Shown piece after piece: positions 1 through 15,096 of a stretch of 64,000 nt of DNA. How positions within the stretch are numbered: the first letter of the stretch is position 1; each line of letters starts with the position of its first letter. The stretch lies in the NCBI RefSeq assembly GCF_009914755.1, contig NC_060939.1; one strand, given 5' to 3'. A model generated the notes under the pieces. That model did not search any database and was not told the origin of the DNA. It worked only from the letters and a program-made list of their open reading frames with translations. The stretch is from the human T2T-CHM13v2.0 reference genome, Homo sapiens. Position numbers and translations under genes: made by a program.

Positions 1-1
1 C

Positions 2-362
<361 letters not shown>

Positions 363-713
363 AAAACTTGTATTTTAAACAAAAACCACATCTTCCTTTT
401 GGAAACTATAACAAAATAAAGCATCCCCACAAATCATCCTCCAGGGAGTTTGGCATTCACCACCTTGAGAACTACAGGAGATTGATGACTCTGCCCCCAC
501 TGCATTCTAGATAGTAACCAACATGCTTCAGCCAGAGATGATTGATTCCCCCCACTGGATCCTTCCTTGGAAGACTGTATCACAGGATCATTTTTCATGG
601 AAAACTAAGACATACTAAGCATCCTATTTTTGCTAATTTGTCCTTAGCAAAAAAGCAAAAACACTCAAATGTATGTTGGTTTTTGTTGTTTTTTTTTTTT
701 AACATACAAACAT

Positions 714-1116
714 TGCTATACTTTGAATGTGTCCCCCAAAGTTTATGTGTTAGAAATTTAATCCTCAATGTAACAGTATTGGCAAGTGAGGCCTAATAAC
801 AGGTGATTAGGTCATGAGGACTCTGCCCCTGTGAATGGATTAATGTTGTTATCACCAGGGTGGGTTAGTTATCACCAGAGCAGGTTTGCAATAAAAACAA
901 GTTTGGTCCCCTGGCTCTCCCTCACCCTTGCCCTCTCTTGCTCTCTTTCTCTCTTGCCTTCCACCAAGGGACTATACAAAACAAAGGCTCTCCCCAGATG
1001 CCAGTGCCATGCTTTTGGACTTCTAGCCCCAGAACCATGAGCCAAATAAATTTCTGTTCATTATAAATTACTCAGCCTATGGTATTCTGTTTTAACAGTA
1101 TAAAACAAACTAAGAC
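714..1116 (+). mobile_element. MaLR solo LTR (MST-like)
   Basis: TGCTA...TTGAATGTGTCCCCCAAA start, AATAAATTTCTG poly(A) signal, ...CTAAGACA end. Confidence 0.8.
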
Positions 1117-1169
1117 ATGCATGTTTTAAAGCATAACTAGATTCCCCTTCTTAAAAAATGGGTATTTGG

Positions 1170-1605
<436 letters not shown>

Positions 1606-1659
1606 ACTATGGGATCTAAATAAATTTTAGTGTAGATAGATTGAAATATATATACTCAC

Positions 1660-1950
1660 ATTATAAAGAGGAGACACAAGGGAGCATATAAGTGTGATTT
1701 ATATAAAGTTAGGAAACAGGCAGAACCAACCTGCACTGTTAGGAATCAGTACAGTGGTTCCCTGGGGCGGGGTAGTGACTGGAAAGGGCACGGGGATGGC
1801 AGCTGGTTCCTAGGGTGCTGGCATCGTCCTCCTTCTTGAAGTGAGTGCTGGTTTCATGGGTGTATTCAATTTGTGACAATTCACTGAGCTATACATTTCT
1901 GATTTGGGGACTTTTCTGTATGTTATACATCAATAAAAAGTTTACTTAAA
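1660..1950 (+). mobile_element. Old L1M 3'-end fragment
   Basis: Typical L1M 3'UTR motifs ending in CATCAATAAAAAG. Confidence 0.6.
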
Positions 1951-2728
1951 GATACGGGAAAATACAAGGAAGGGTAGTTCACTTTCTGTGAATAACATGG
2001 ACAAGTTGGAGGGCTGATTATCGGAGCCATTTCAGGAAATACCCATGAAGAGAGTAAGATCAAAGTCTAGTGACATCTTTGTCTCTCCCTCTCTATCACA
2101 TAAACTCCCCTCAAAGGGGATGAAGGGTTAGGCAGAGGGCTAAGAAGGCTGTCATCCGTCAAGAAAACAGTCTCCAAGGTGCAGGGAGTTTCTCCTCCCG
2201 TCCCAACTCACTAAGCACTCCCGATTCTTCCTCCCCAGTCCTGCTCACATTCATCCTTCTATTTCACCCTCAGTCTCTACTGGAAGTCACAGCCAACAGT
2301 ACTTATTTTCAATAACCCAAATCCCCAGTTTTAATCTCTTTTTTTCCAGGTAGCATTATCAGCTCGTACTGAGCCCCTCTTCTGGGCACTCTCACTGGCC
2401 TTGCCATGCATTAGGTAATTCAGCACATTCAGTGTGGCCACATTCTACACCATGTCACACTGGGCCAGTGGGTTCTACACCAGGATCCTATGGAGCACAG
2501 GTAAGCTCCCTCTCACAGCAAATCATGACAGTCCTTTTCCAGGAGACAGAAAAAATATTTCCTTTCCTAAGTGCTTACTCTCGCAATAAAGGTTTCCTCA
2601 AATCCTGCACCCTATTCCTGCTGGCCCATGCTAGAATCAGGCATAAGGTGGAATTTCAAAATTACTTATTGTTATTTTATGTTTAAAACATCAATATTCT
2701 CCTAATGAATTAATAAATCTAGGACTGT

Positions 2729-3019
2729 GGCCAGGCACGGTGGCTCATGGCTGTAATCTCAGTACTTTGGGAGACCGAGGTGGACAAATCACCTGAGGTC
2801 AAGAGTTCAAGACCAGCCTGGCCAACATGATGAAACCCTGTCTCTACTAAAAATAAAAAAATTAGCCAGGCATTGTGGTGGGCACCTGTAATACCAGTTA
2901 CTCAGGAGGCTGAGGCAGAATCGCTTAACCCGGAAGGCGGAGGTTGCAATGAGCCGAGATCGCGCCACTGCACTCCACCCTGGGTGACAGAGCGAGACTC
3001 CGTCTCAATAAATAAAATA
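2729..3019 (+). mobile_element. AluS
   Basis: Full dimer; TSD AATAAATCTAGGA(C/T)TGT at 2712-2728 and 3020-3036. Confidence 0.9.
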
Positions 3020-3578
3020 AATAAATCTAGGATTGTAAATGAATGTTAAAAGCATCAGGCAAAAAGGCTGATGGAGAATTTTATGAATGAATCAAGATGA
3101 CAACGCTAAATCCTGATCAATCTTAATATCAAAAGAGAGAAACCAGACATGATGTGGCTTCAGATGCGATACGATAGGAAGCACGCAGCATCTCCCCACC
3201 AAAACAGCATTCCTGTCGAATCAGAAGTCAACCCTGAATCTGGGCAGGCCTCCGGCTCTAACTGCCCGTATACAGGAATTACATGGGACAGAGAAGCATG
3301 TTAAATGACCCCACAGAAATACAATCAGCAAACCCAGATGTGGGAGACTCCTCAGCACGAAGACCTGGTTTCTTCAACAAATGTGGCAAAGGAGGGGGAA
3401 GGGAAAAAAAGCCAGGGAGCTGTTTAGATTAAAAGAGACCTAAGAAGACATCAATTAAATACAATGTGTGGGTCTTGTTTGAATCCTCATTTGAACAAAC
3501 TGGCTGTAAACAGACACTTAGGGAACAATTAAGGAATTAAATAATACTAAGGATTTATTTTAACTGTAAATATAATAA

Positions 3579-3893
<315 letters not shown>

Positions 3894-4542
3894 AGTTATA
3901 ATTTTTCTAAAAGAGTCATTATCTCTTAGAGGTACATACTATAGCATTTGCAGATGCAGTTGCAGATTGCAATTAAATAATATTAAGGATTTATTGTAAC
4001 TATAATTATAATAAAGAAGTTGTAGTTATAATTTTTTTAAAGAGTCATTATCTCTTAGAGATACATACTGAAGTATTTGCAGATGCAATGGATTAATGCC
4101 TACAATAATAATCCAGCTGACAGTGGGTGCAGGGAGGTGCAGGAGCTTAGAGACGGAGAAGGAAGAAGAGAGACCATAGTTCACATTGTAGAAGCTGGAT
4201 GATGTGTGTACACCAGAATTCATGAGACTATATTCTCTTTTGTGTACATTTCAAATTTCTATAAAGTTTTTTAAAATCAGTATTTCCATAAAGAGGATCA
4301 TGACTTCCAAGTCTGCTATCTCCCTCAAAAAACTGAGCCATTGGACTAGACAGTCATTTATTTCTTATAACGTTTATTAAATAATTTTTTAAGCCTTTAT
4401 GTTTTAAGTCCGACAAAGAGAATGCAAGCCCCCATTGGTCCTTATGCTTCTCGAAATACCTGCTAATAATGTGTCTCCACATCACTGGTGGTTAACAGAT
4501 GGCAGTACAGAGAATGACAGACAACAGGAAGTACATTGATAC

Positions 4543-4706
4543 CTTTGTTTCCTTCAGGGGTCAGCTTCTTCTTTTCTTCCTGTACTATGGACTCCTCTAG
4601 GTCCTTAGGGGTTGGGTCTAAAAGTTCCCACTCTTCATTGGTATAAAACACAGTCCTCCGACTATCATTATGTCCTCTCCCAGGACGGAAAGAAGACATC
4701 GAATTC
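4543..4706 (-). CDS. TBC1D2B: TBC1D2B coding exon 4
   Basis: TTTTCCCAACAG|G acceptor. Encodes (K)NSMSSFRPGRGHNDSRRTVFYTNEEWELLDPTPKDLEESIVQEEKKKLTPEGNK(G). Donor AAG|GTATCA; 164 nt. Lies inside ORF 4463..4768(-). Confidence 0.95.
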
Positions 4707-4769
4707 CTGTTGGGAAAAACAATATGTGTTATTAACAAAAACAAAAGTAAAACAAAACGTAATCTCATG

Positions 4770-5450
4770 TATATAGGATTGGCAAAAATTTAAATATCTA
4801 ATGATACCAAATGTTGGTGAGGATACGGAGAAATGGGGATTCCCTTTTTTTTTTTGAAATGGAGTCCCCCTCTGTCACCCAGGCTGGAGTACAGTGGTGC
4901 AATCTTGGCTCACTGCAACCTCTGCCTCCTGGGTTCAAGCAATTCGCCTGCCTCAGCCTCCCTGAGTAGCTGGGATTACAGGCTGCACCACCATGCCCAG
5001 CTAATTTTTTTTTTAATTATTTTTAGTAGAGATGGGGTTTCACCATGTTGGCCAGGCTGGGCTCGAACTCTTGACCTCAAGGTGATCTGCCCACCTCGGC
5101 CTCCCAAAGTGCTGGGATTACAGGCGTGAGCCACCTCACCCAATCGAAATGGGGATTCTTATACACTGCTGGTGGGATTATAAATTGATACTATTACCAT
5201 GCAGAGGAACTCAGCAAGGTACTGTTAAGTTGAAGAGGTGCCTACCCCTAACACCCAGTATTTGCTAAAAGAAATTCTTACATATGTGCACAAGGAGACA
5301 CAAGCAAAAACATTCACTGCAGCATTGTTCATATTAGAAAAAAATAAAAAGGTACAACAACCTAAACATTCATGAACAGGAGAATAAACTGTGGCATATT
5401 CATATAGTCAAGTACTATACAGCACTTAAAATTAACTCATTCATCCACCA
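4770..5450 (+). mobile_element. Old L1M fragment interrupted by a minus-strand AluS (~4845-5145)
   Basis: L1 ORF2-end/3' motifs (AAATGTTGGTGAGGAT...CACTGCTGGTGGGA); Alu TSD GAAATGGGGATTC at 4830-4842 and 5146-5158. Confidence 0.8.
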
Positions 5451-5719
5451 ATTATTGATTGAGCCTACAACATGCCAGGCAATATTCTAGATGCTTGGAA
5501 TATCCCAGTGAACAAAACACAGCAAGATTATTATTCTTGTGGAATGTACATTTCAGCCAAAGCTATACGTATCATAGGGATAAACATTTTTTAAACACTG
5601 AAAGAAAAAGAAAATGGAAGAATTATAGGTACAGCATGATACTGTTTTACACCTTCAGATTATACTATTAACAGAGACTACTTATGGATACATATATATG
5701 TAGCAAAACTATTTTTTTA

Positions 5720-6193
<474 letters not shown>

Positions 6194-6269
6194 TCATGGC
6201 TATCTGAGTAATCAATATACTTGTCTGTGTGCTAAAAATATTTCATTAAAAGTTTTAAAAAGTAGGTTA

Positions 6270-7615
6270 AGATTTCTGCTTCCAGTGAAGATGGAATAAC
6301 AAGGACTAGATTTACCCTCCCCGGTGAAAACTAAAGAACTGAAAAAAAAATTAAAAATACAGGAAACCATGGTTTTTGGATATTGGCCATCAGGCAGCAC
6401 AGGACACTGATCCTGAGAGAGGGAAAGCCAATGAGGTAAGCCCACCTTACTGCCTGGAGACAGTTTCCAGGCCAGGCTGCAGGCAGGGAAAACCCAGGAG
6501 GAGCCCAGCATCTCTCTGAGATGAGAAGATAGAGTGGAGACTCTCAAGGCAGTTGCAGCTCATAGAGCAGAGTACTAGAGAGAAGAGAGCTGCACAGAGG
6601 GAGTGTCACAGAGATCTTAGATGGTATCCCCAAGTCTTCAACTGAGTACTGATTGTGGCTTCGATGTAAGAAAGCTATCCGAGGACAGGGAGAGAACCAA
6701 CTGAGAGAAGCAAAGGAAACCATCCCTGAGCCTCACACGGGACCGGGAATAGTGCCTAGTCTCACCAGTCAGAGTGGAAAACCTCATAATTCACAGGGCA
6801 TCAGAAAGATTACTGAGAAAGGCTACTGATGGTATCCCTAAAGCCTGTGCTCATCCTACCAAGCAAAGCTTAAAAGCAAACTTCAAAAGGATCAAACTGT
6901 TCCAGAGTCATTTAATACATCCGAGAACAAAGCCCAATAATATTTATAGCAATAAAAAAAATATATATATATATATCCAGCACACAAAAAGGTAAAATTC
7001 ACAACATCTGGTATTCAATTTTAAAAATGACCAGGCATGCACGAAGTGGGAAGTACAAGTCACAATGAGGAAAAAAAATCAATCAACAGAAACAGACCAG
7101 AAACAACAAAAGATAAAATTAGCAGACAGGGACTCTAAAAGTTATAACTGTATTCTTTATGTTCTAAAAGCTAGAAAAAAAAGAATAAACATCTTAGAGA
7201 CATAGAAAATTAAAAAAAAAAGATTTAAATAAAATTTCCAAAGATAAAACTACAATGCCTACGATGAAAAACATGCTAAATGGGAACAAGAGCAGAGTAG
7301 GTATTGTGGAAGGAAAGACTAGAAAATTGGATGACCCTGCAATAGAAACAACCTAAAACGAAACAGAAATATGACCTAAAATGAAACAGAAAAACAACAA
7401 ATGAAAAAAAGGAAGGATGGATGGACCAATGAGTCGGTCACTGAAGGAGACGAGAAGGGGAAGAGATGGAATAAAAGTATGTGAAGAAATAATGACCAAA
7501 AATTTTTCTAAATCTGATGTAAACCATCAATCCACAGACAAAAGAAGCTCAACAAACTTCAAGCACAAAAATCATGAAGAAAACTGTATCAAGGCATATC
7601 ATAATCAAATTGCCT
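6270..7615 (+). mobile_element. Old L1M 5' region with degenerate ORF1 remnant
   Basis: A-rich. The translation EEIMTKNFSK...QSTDKRSS resembles the L1 ORF1p EEIMAENFPNL motif. The 5' part resembles L1M4-type 5' ends. Confidence 0.65.
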
Positions 7616-7899
7616 AATACAAATAATATTTAAAGTTTTAAGTATAACCCTAATTTGCAAAAGAAATAAAGGAAGTCAAATTTTTATAGTTAAACTGTCA
7701 AAAGGTAAGAGGCATGTGTTCATTATGAAGAGACATCTTAATTCATTTGAGCAGTCGGTAAGTGGAGTGCTGAGGAGAGGACATGCTCACATGAACCACC
7801 TTACTTATACGCACACACATACATACTTATATTCTCTTACTTAATAGACCCATCCTTATCCCTAAAGCAATAAAAGGAATAAAATACGAAAACACCAAA

Positions 7900-8235
7900 C
7901 AATATAGGTAAGTCTCCAAAAACGTTAAGTGAAAGAAGACACACAGGAGACTATAAGGAGTATGATTCCATTTATATAAAAATTTTTAAAACTCAAAGCT
8001 ATAGTGACGGAAAGCGGATCAGAGGTTGCCCAGGGCCGGGTATTAAGGGAAGGGATCAACCGCAAAGGAACGTGAAGGAATTTTTAAAGGTGTAGAAATG
8101 TTCTATTTTTCTTTATTATGGAGGTGTTTACATCGCTGTGTATAATTTCTTAAATTCATCAGCCTATTCACCTAAAATAGGTGAACTTATTGGAGGTAAA
8201 TTATAACTCAATGAAGTTATTAAAATAAACATGCA
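7900..8235 (+). mobile_element. L1M 3'-end fragment
   Basis: TATGATTCCATTTATATAAA...GGTTGCC...GGTGAACTT motifs. Confidence 0.7.
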
Positions 8236-10891
8236 AATAAATAAGGAAGAGGAAGAAATGTATCATTTGGTGTTTTCTGAGGTGGATTAAAGGAAAGGGG
8301 GGAAAAGGTGGCTTTACCTCTAGTTTGAATCAGACAGATGATATTCTCATGTAAAACAGTCATTTCTCAATGTGTTTTTTAAAGCATATCATTTTTCCTT
8401 TTTACTTGTACTTTAAACATTCAGAAGAATACAGAGAAATTATATAACACGCTTATGTTCTCATCACGCTATCACAGTATATGGATGTATGGCCTTTGGC
8501 TAACTGCTTTAACAAAGAGTCACCAGAAACCAGCAATTATGCCTGTTTAGAACTGACACTCACTTTCTCATAGTTTATTTACTTAGGACCAACACGGAGC
8601 TGGTAAACGACGTATAGCATCTTGCACGTGCTATTTATTTCCTGTCTCTTCTAGAGCCTGGCACTGTGCCACACATCTTCACAGACAACTGCATAGAAGG
8701 ATTCTAGTCAATTCCCCATGGTAACCCAATGAGCAAGATACTGTATAAAGTCTGATTTTATAAAAATTATAAAATTGTAGAGAAAACTATTTCAAAATAG
8801 CTGCTCAAAAAGAAAACTCTCACAAATGCTGGCTATACTTCTGTTCATTTTTTTGACATGACTGGTTCATCACTTCACAGGGCACTGGGACACCGCTGGA
8901 CCCACTGCACCATGACTTTTCAGTGGCCCTGCCTACAGCAAGGATCTCACAGGAGCCTTCCCTCAGGTGGCATGTGACTACCACCACCGTCAATTTTAGG
9001 AGTTAAATTCTCCTTACCATTTGCCCTAGCTGTCAAACTGTGCTCCTCAGCTCTGGTTCCTAAAGGGTGAATGCAGGAAAGAGAAATAAGAGCAGGGACA
9101 CCCCCACACGGCCTGGGGAGAGAGAACAGTAATTTCAGTGACTTAGAACTGCCACACACCCTCCTTCCTCCCACCGCGGTTTTGGGTTTCCAGCCTGTTG
9201 CAAGCCTGAGTCGTACGCTGCCGTGCTCTCACCTGCAGCTGAGGGACAGCCTTGCTGGAGGTGCGGTGCTACTTGTCAAGTCCTGGATAAGAGAGAAATG
9301 GAATCAGGCTCAAAGTGAAAGCCTCTTGAAGCTGAAACAGTATATAGCCAATTCCTGTTTTTGCTCTTATGTGGCAAAACCCAATTCTAGGACTGTGCAA
9401 CAAGGGGGTCATTACAGTGCAGACTTCTCAGACACACTCACCCTGTCTGCTCTGGCCCACAGAGGCCTCAGTGGCAACTACGTGTCCTGCCTGTGTACTC
9501 CATGAGGAGTTCACAGCTGGTTTAAATGGAGGCGTTTTTTTAGCTGGTGTTAGAGGCTGTTCTATGACAGTATTTGCTGTTTAAAGACCGCAGTCTCATT
9601 TGACAGATCTTTGAGAGGCCTACTGTGTTCTCCCAGGCAGCGTGCCAGGTGCCCACCTATAAACACTCAGCTGCTCTGATCTGAAATAGAAAGTGAGGCA
9701 CCACGAAGCAGCAAAACAGCACCTTGTCAGGGGCAGTGGTCAGCCTGAGCTTTTTAAAACAAACACCAGCAATCTGTATCATCGTTAAGAAAACCTCTTT
9801 CCGGTGGAGGTCTGCACAGTTTAAAATGTCTAACTAAAACAGTAATAACTCGTTCGACATTCGTTTGGATTCTGATAACAAGCTAGAATTTACAAGTTGA
9901 CAGAATTGTTGGGAAATGTTCCATCAAATTTCTTCCAAGTTAACCCCTCCACAAACCGCCTGCACAGCCAGGTTTCAGGCAAAACCACAACCTCTTCAGC
10001 AGGTGGACGACACTGCCAAGGCAGAGGTTTGCACTTGCCAGGACTTTGTGCACAGGAGGGAAGCAGGCTACCACTGCTTCCAGCTCCTTCCCTCCCTCCA
10101 GACTACAGGCCCTGTTAAGGGAAACAAAGGTGGCGGGGCAGGGAGGAGGTTGTGTGGGGGGGTTTCCTCTGACTGGCAACAGCCATCTCAATAAAGCTGA
10201 CTCAGTATTTCCTCCTCTACAAATTAATTCCTCAAATATATTCTCACAAGGGCACAGAGACGTATGTACAAGAATATCAGAACAATGCTATTTGAAATGA
10301 CAGAAAAGTAGAAACAAGCAGATGTCCATGGCTAGGAAACTGCTTAAATAACTTAGGGCACATTCCTATAACCGAATTCTGTTAGAACAAGAGCTCTAGT
10401 AAGGGCTAACAAGTTTGGACATTCCAGATAAGTGCCTATATAATGTGTCAGCTCAAAGGGGCATGGCAGGTGGCCCTACACTCTCCACCACTGCTGACCC
10501 CTCCTGACCCATCTGCTGGTGAGAGCACAGCTTTGGTGCAAGTGGGCCTCATGACATGGTAAATACAGATAAGCCATGTCTGAGCGAAGAGTGAGCATTC
10601 TAAGTCCCTGAAGTAGCTATGCACTGACATAGTGGATACTGTACAATCCCTCTAAGTCACATACACACAGAGCGAAGTTCAGGGTGCAGACATAAGTACC
10701 TTCAGTTCTAGTGGTGACTTCTGGGAAGTGGACTTAAAAGGACTTTCATTTTTAACTGTGTACCCCTCAGCAATGATTGATTTTTCTTTTTATACGCATG
10801 CACGCTTATTGCAATGAAGTACAAACACACAACTAAGAAGGCAGGCCAAATGGGGAAGCTGTCAGGTGGCAGGCCTGCAAGCCAGGTCACT

Positions 10892-11330
10892 TGCTATGGT
10901 TTGAATATCTCCTCCAAAACTCATGTTGAAATGTAATAATCATTGTGACGGTATTAAGAGGTGGGACCATTAAGAGGTGATTAGGCCATGAAGGCTCAGT
11001 CTTCACGAATGGATTAACACCGTTATCTGGGGAGTGGGCCTAGATTCAACTACAGAAGAGGAGACAGCAATGTGGCCAAGGAAGCAGTGATTTAGAGCAA
11101 GGCAGCCACAGGCCAAGGAATACCAGCAGCCACCAGAAGCTGAAGGAGGCCAGGAACTAACTCTGCCCTGGAGCCTCTGAAGAAAGCAGTCCTGCCAACA
11201 CCTTAACTTAGGCCTAGTGAAGCTGAGTTTGAATTTCTGGCCTCCCAAACTATCAAACAATAAATAGGTGCTGTTTTAAGCCACCAGTGTTATGGTCACT
11301 TGTTATAGCAGCCAGAGCAAATTAACACAA
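10892..11330 (+). mobile_element. MaLR LTR (MST-like 5' part joined to MLT1-like 3' part)
   Basis: TGCTATGGTTTGAAT start; GCCACCAGAAGCTG, AATAAAT...TTTTAAGCCACCAG...GTTATAGCAGC end. Confidence 0.75.
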
Positions 11331-12709
11331 TTACTCTCTAGTAAGCTATCGTCCTTCAAACCAAGGACTTCGAGAGGCTGCTTTCTGTTGTGGTCCAGGC
11401 TTCAGCTGGCATTCAAGTTTGGAGCATTAACGTCCAAAGTCAGAATATATTTACTTCTGATATGATGTCTTTTGGTCTTGAGGACCTGGAAAGGTGTCAT
11501 CAGAAAGACAGTTTCCAAAATACTCTAGACATTTACCTGGACAGATGAGTACATCACCCTTCCAATTTTAAGACATCAGAGCAAACACCTAATAAACATG
11601 CACAGCCTCAAAGAAACCAAACATCTAAGAAACAATATTCTTACTGTAGAACTTTCAGACAGGTACAGCTCCACAGGTTTCCTACTGTCCAAAGGGCAGA
11701 CACCCCCACCCCTTCACCCTGGGAGTCCCTGGCCTCCTCAGCTCCTCTTCTATCCTCACCCCCTTAGCACCCTACGCACCTGGCACCAGAACCCATGCCA
11801 CTCTTGAGACACACCCTGTTCTGACTTCCTTGCCTCTGCATGGGTGTCCTTGCACTTGCATTCCCCTTTGGACAGTCCCTCTCCATCTCTCAAGCCCTTT
11901 AAGCCAAAACTCATCTTCACAGCAAAACCATCACCAGCCTCTCCCACAACCCACACTGCAAAGAATAAGCACTTCTTCCTGGTGTGCCCAGGTAGGCCGT
12001 GACATACTGGGTTCAGCCTTGAACCGCACCCTACAGCCCCTGTGGCAGGACTCACGGGCTCGCCTGCCTGTCTTCCTGAAGAACCTTAAACAGCTGACAG
12101 CGGGGAGGGACAGCCTCTTACCCAAGGGAACATCCTCAGCCCCATCCCATAGTGGAGGGGAGAGGAAGATGCAGCAGGGTGGGAGGGAGGGCCAGCTGCC
12201 CAGCCAGGCAGTCCTGCAGAACGGGCTTCTCAAATGCAGGTGATGACCCACTGGGGGCCAGGACATCAATTAAGGAGTGAGGAAATCAATTTTGAGGGTC
12301 ATGACAAGCATTTTTTTAGTATTAGAAGAGAAAATACTACTTAGCTTTACTACATGTAGCAGTGGAATTTTTCTTTCAGTTTTATTTACATAACAACAGT
12401 ATACATTTACATACAAAGATGTGTATTTTCTGCTGTCAGTTCCCAGTCAAAAAAGTGAACAATGCTGTGTCAGAAGGTAACATCCTGCCCAGGAAGCCAA
12501 ACAGAAAGAAAAGTGCTGAGAGGAACTGTCGTCCTGCTAGGGAAGGGAGTGTGGCACAAGGGCAGGTGGGTGTGGGCAGACCCCCCCACGAGTATAAAGG
12601 GCAGAGGATGAGAAGCCCCCAAGCAGCGGGAGCAAGAGCAGCAGAGCAACTCTGCCCCTGGAAGGGTCTGGAGCCTTCCCTCATCACTCTTCCTCAAGTC
12701 GGTGCTGGA

Positions 12710-13130
12710 CACCCACCATGAGCCAGGCAGTGTGAGGTGCTGGGGTAAACCAGAGACAAGACAGATAGGGTCCCTGCCCCATGGAGCTCCCAGCCTTGCA
12801 AGAGAGCTGGACCACAGACAAGTACACAAAGAAATACAGAAACTACAGGGCTATGAAGGAGAAGCACGGCAGTGAGGAGTGGGAGGAACAGAGAAGGCTT
12901 CTCTGAAGAATGAGCAGAAGTAACCGGAGAAGACAGAGCCCTCCCTGCAATGGGACAGCCTGAGGCAGGGCCTGTTGGGAAGACATACACCTGAAGAACT
13001 GAAAGAAGTCAAGTGGGCCTGCAACAGAGGAAATGACAGGGGTCAGACCCCACGGGACCCTGAAGGCCATGTTCAGCAGCACAGCCTTCAGCCTAAGGCA
13101 ATGAGAAGCCTCTGAAAGGCTGAGGCAGTC
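12710..13130 (-). mobile_element. L2 fragment
   Basis: GCCAGGCA...GTGCTGGGG...TCCCTGCCC..ATGGAGCTC L2 3' motifs. Confidence 0.6.
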
Positions 13131-14199
13131 GATTGAATTGATTCAGGTCCCTTAGAATTGGGTCCCTGCAACAGGTGGACCCAGCACAGGCACAGGATGC
13201 AGACAGGTGCCCTTCCTCAGCCCCCAACTCTAAATACAACCGGAGACATGGCCCAATTGCTCCCTTGGTGGCCCTGGACAAGACATTAAAGTTCTCTGAG
13301 CCTCAGCTTGCCATGCTGAGTCATGGTGAAAGGTCTCCGAGTCTACAGGCCAAAGCCACTGGTCCTCTCATGACCGCAGTGATTTCCATGGAACAGTGTC
13401 ATACACCGATGGCCCTTCTGATATGTGGGCCCCTGGGAGCATGTGAATGGATCAAGACCAAGAGGACTACTGGGACATAATTGCTAAGCACGACTTCATG
13501 CTCCTGGGGGCTATCAGAAAAGACCAGGTGCCATTGCACCACTGCAGAAACACACACACACCCCAGCCAACTTCCTGCAACTGCTGAAACTCCATGGGCC
13601 AAAGAGCAAGTTGCCTTCCTTTCTGCTTCCTTCTCCAGAAGTCCTGGCTTAAAAAATGTCTGTGTGAGGCAGCAGCATGGTGACTACATGCCTTGTCTTT
13701 CTTGGCAGACATAGCTGTGCCTTCCAACAAGGAAAATCACAAGTACCACATTACGGCTCCGGGACAGGAAAAACTTCCCCTAATTCACCAAACATCCGGG
13801 TGCCTGCTTTGGGCTGCGCCGGGCCCTCTGCTACGAACTGGGGCTGAAGAGAGGAGTCACTGTCATGACTTTACGGTCCTAGACACTAAAACCATAATAG
13901 ATTCTTGGGAACCCCCGCCATGCTCACAAATAACTCTTTCTACCAGGCCTGAGGGAGTCAAGAGAGAAGCAAAAACAAAGGATCAGAGCGGGGCCAACTG
14001 CAGGGCCCGCAGAAGACCTATGGGAGGCAGGCCTGGAAGGATGAGCACACCTTCCCGGCTAGCTCAGCCCTTACACCTGCATTGAGAAAGGCACCCCATC
14101 CACCTGACTCAAGGAAGTGGAGACTCACTTCACCTACTGGCTCAAAAGAGACAGGGTAACAACAGTGGCAGCAATACCAGCAGGCCTGGGTTGTGTAGC

Positions 14200-14292
14200 C
14201 ACCATTTACTGAGCACTTACAATGACACTGTGCTAGGCAGTTCTTATTTATAACCTTAACACTCACTCCCACCCATCCAGTAGAGAGGCTTA

Positions 14293-14329
<37 letters not shown>

Positions 14330-14435
14330 ATTTACTGATGGAGAAAATAAAGCTCAGAGAAGTTAAGTCACTAGCTCAACATCACACACCCAATAAGTAG
14401 CAGGACTGGGATTCCAAAACCTGGGCTGACTACAA
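14200..14435 (-). mobile_element. MIR containing an (AC)n microsatellite (~14294-14326)
   Basis: CATTTACTGAGCACTTAC...TTTACTGATGGAGAAAATAAAGCTCAGAGAAGTTAAGTCACT core. Confidence 0.75.
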
Positions 14436-14944
14436 TATCCACAATGTGACCCCACTCTTGAACAGAACTAGAGCTGGACCCCAGGAGCCAGAGGTCCACA
14501 TCAGGCCCAGCCTAGCACCCAGAGATGGGCGCACAGTCCAGGCCACAAAGCCACAGAACTTTGCTGACTGCTGTCAGCGCTGCTGCAGCCTAAGCACACC
14601 TCCTACATACACTGAAAATACACGCTCAACCGCCACACAGGCTTCCAATGCACGCTCACACGTGTGCTCAGGCATGCGCTTTCTCACTCTTGCTTGCGCA
14701 CTCCCACCCCTGAGTATGCACATACACACATGGACTGGCCAGAATTTCAGCAGAGACCTAGTTCCTTCACCTGGTGTGATTTGGACTGTTGAAAAGTTAA
14801 ATGAAAAATGTGGTTAAAGCAGGAATCCATATAAAAGGAACTTAAAACAAACACATGCACCTGTAAAGGTGTATGTAAATGTGCACTCATCTGCCAGTCT
14901 ACTGATACACACCAGCCAAAGCCTCTTCTTGGAATCTGGGGATA

Positions 14945-15096
14945 CTGGGCATGGTGACACGTGCCTAAATTTCCAGCTACTCGGCGGGCTGAGGTGTGAG
15001 GATCACTTGAGCCCAGAAGTTCAAGGGTTCAGTAAGCCAAGATCATGCCACTACACTCCAGCCTGGGTGACAAAGTAGAGACCCTGTCTCAAAAAA
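14945..15096 (+). mobile_element. Old Alu right-arm monomer (FRAM or truncated AluJ)
   Basis: Right-arm consensus; TSD AATCTGGGGATACT at 14933-14946 and 15526-15539. Confidence 0.85.

Noticed and set aside
4488-4508. CTCF-like TGGTTAACAGATGGCAGTA just inside intron 4
   Set aside because: Lacks the conserved CC at the 5' end of the core; weak match.
7417-7617. ORF resembling L1 ORF1p
   Set aside because: Short degenerate remnant of an old L1; not an intact gene.
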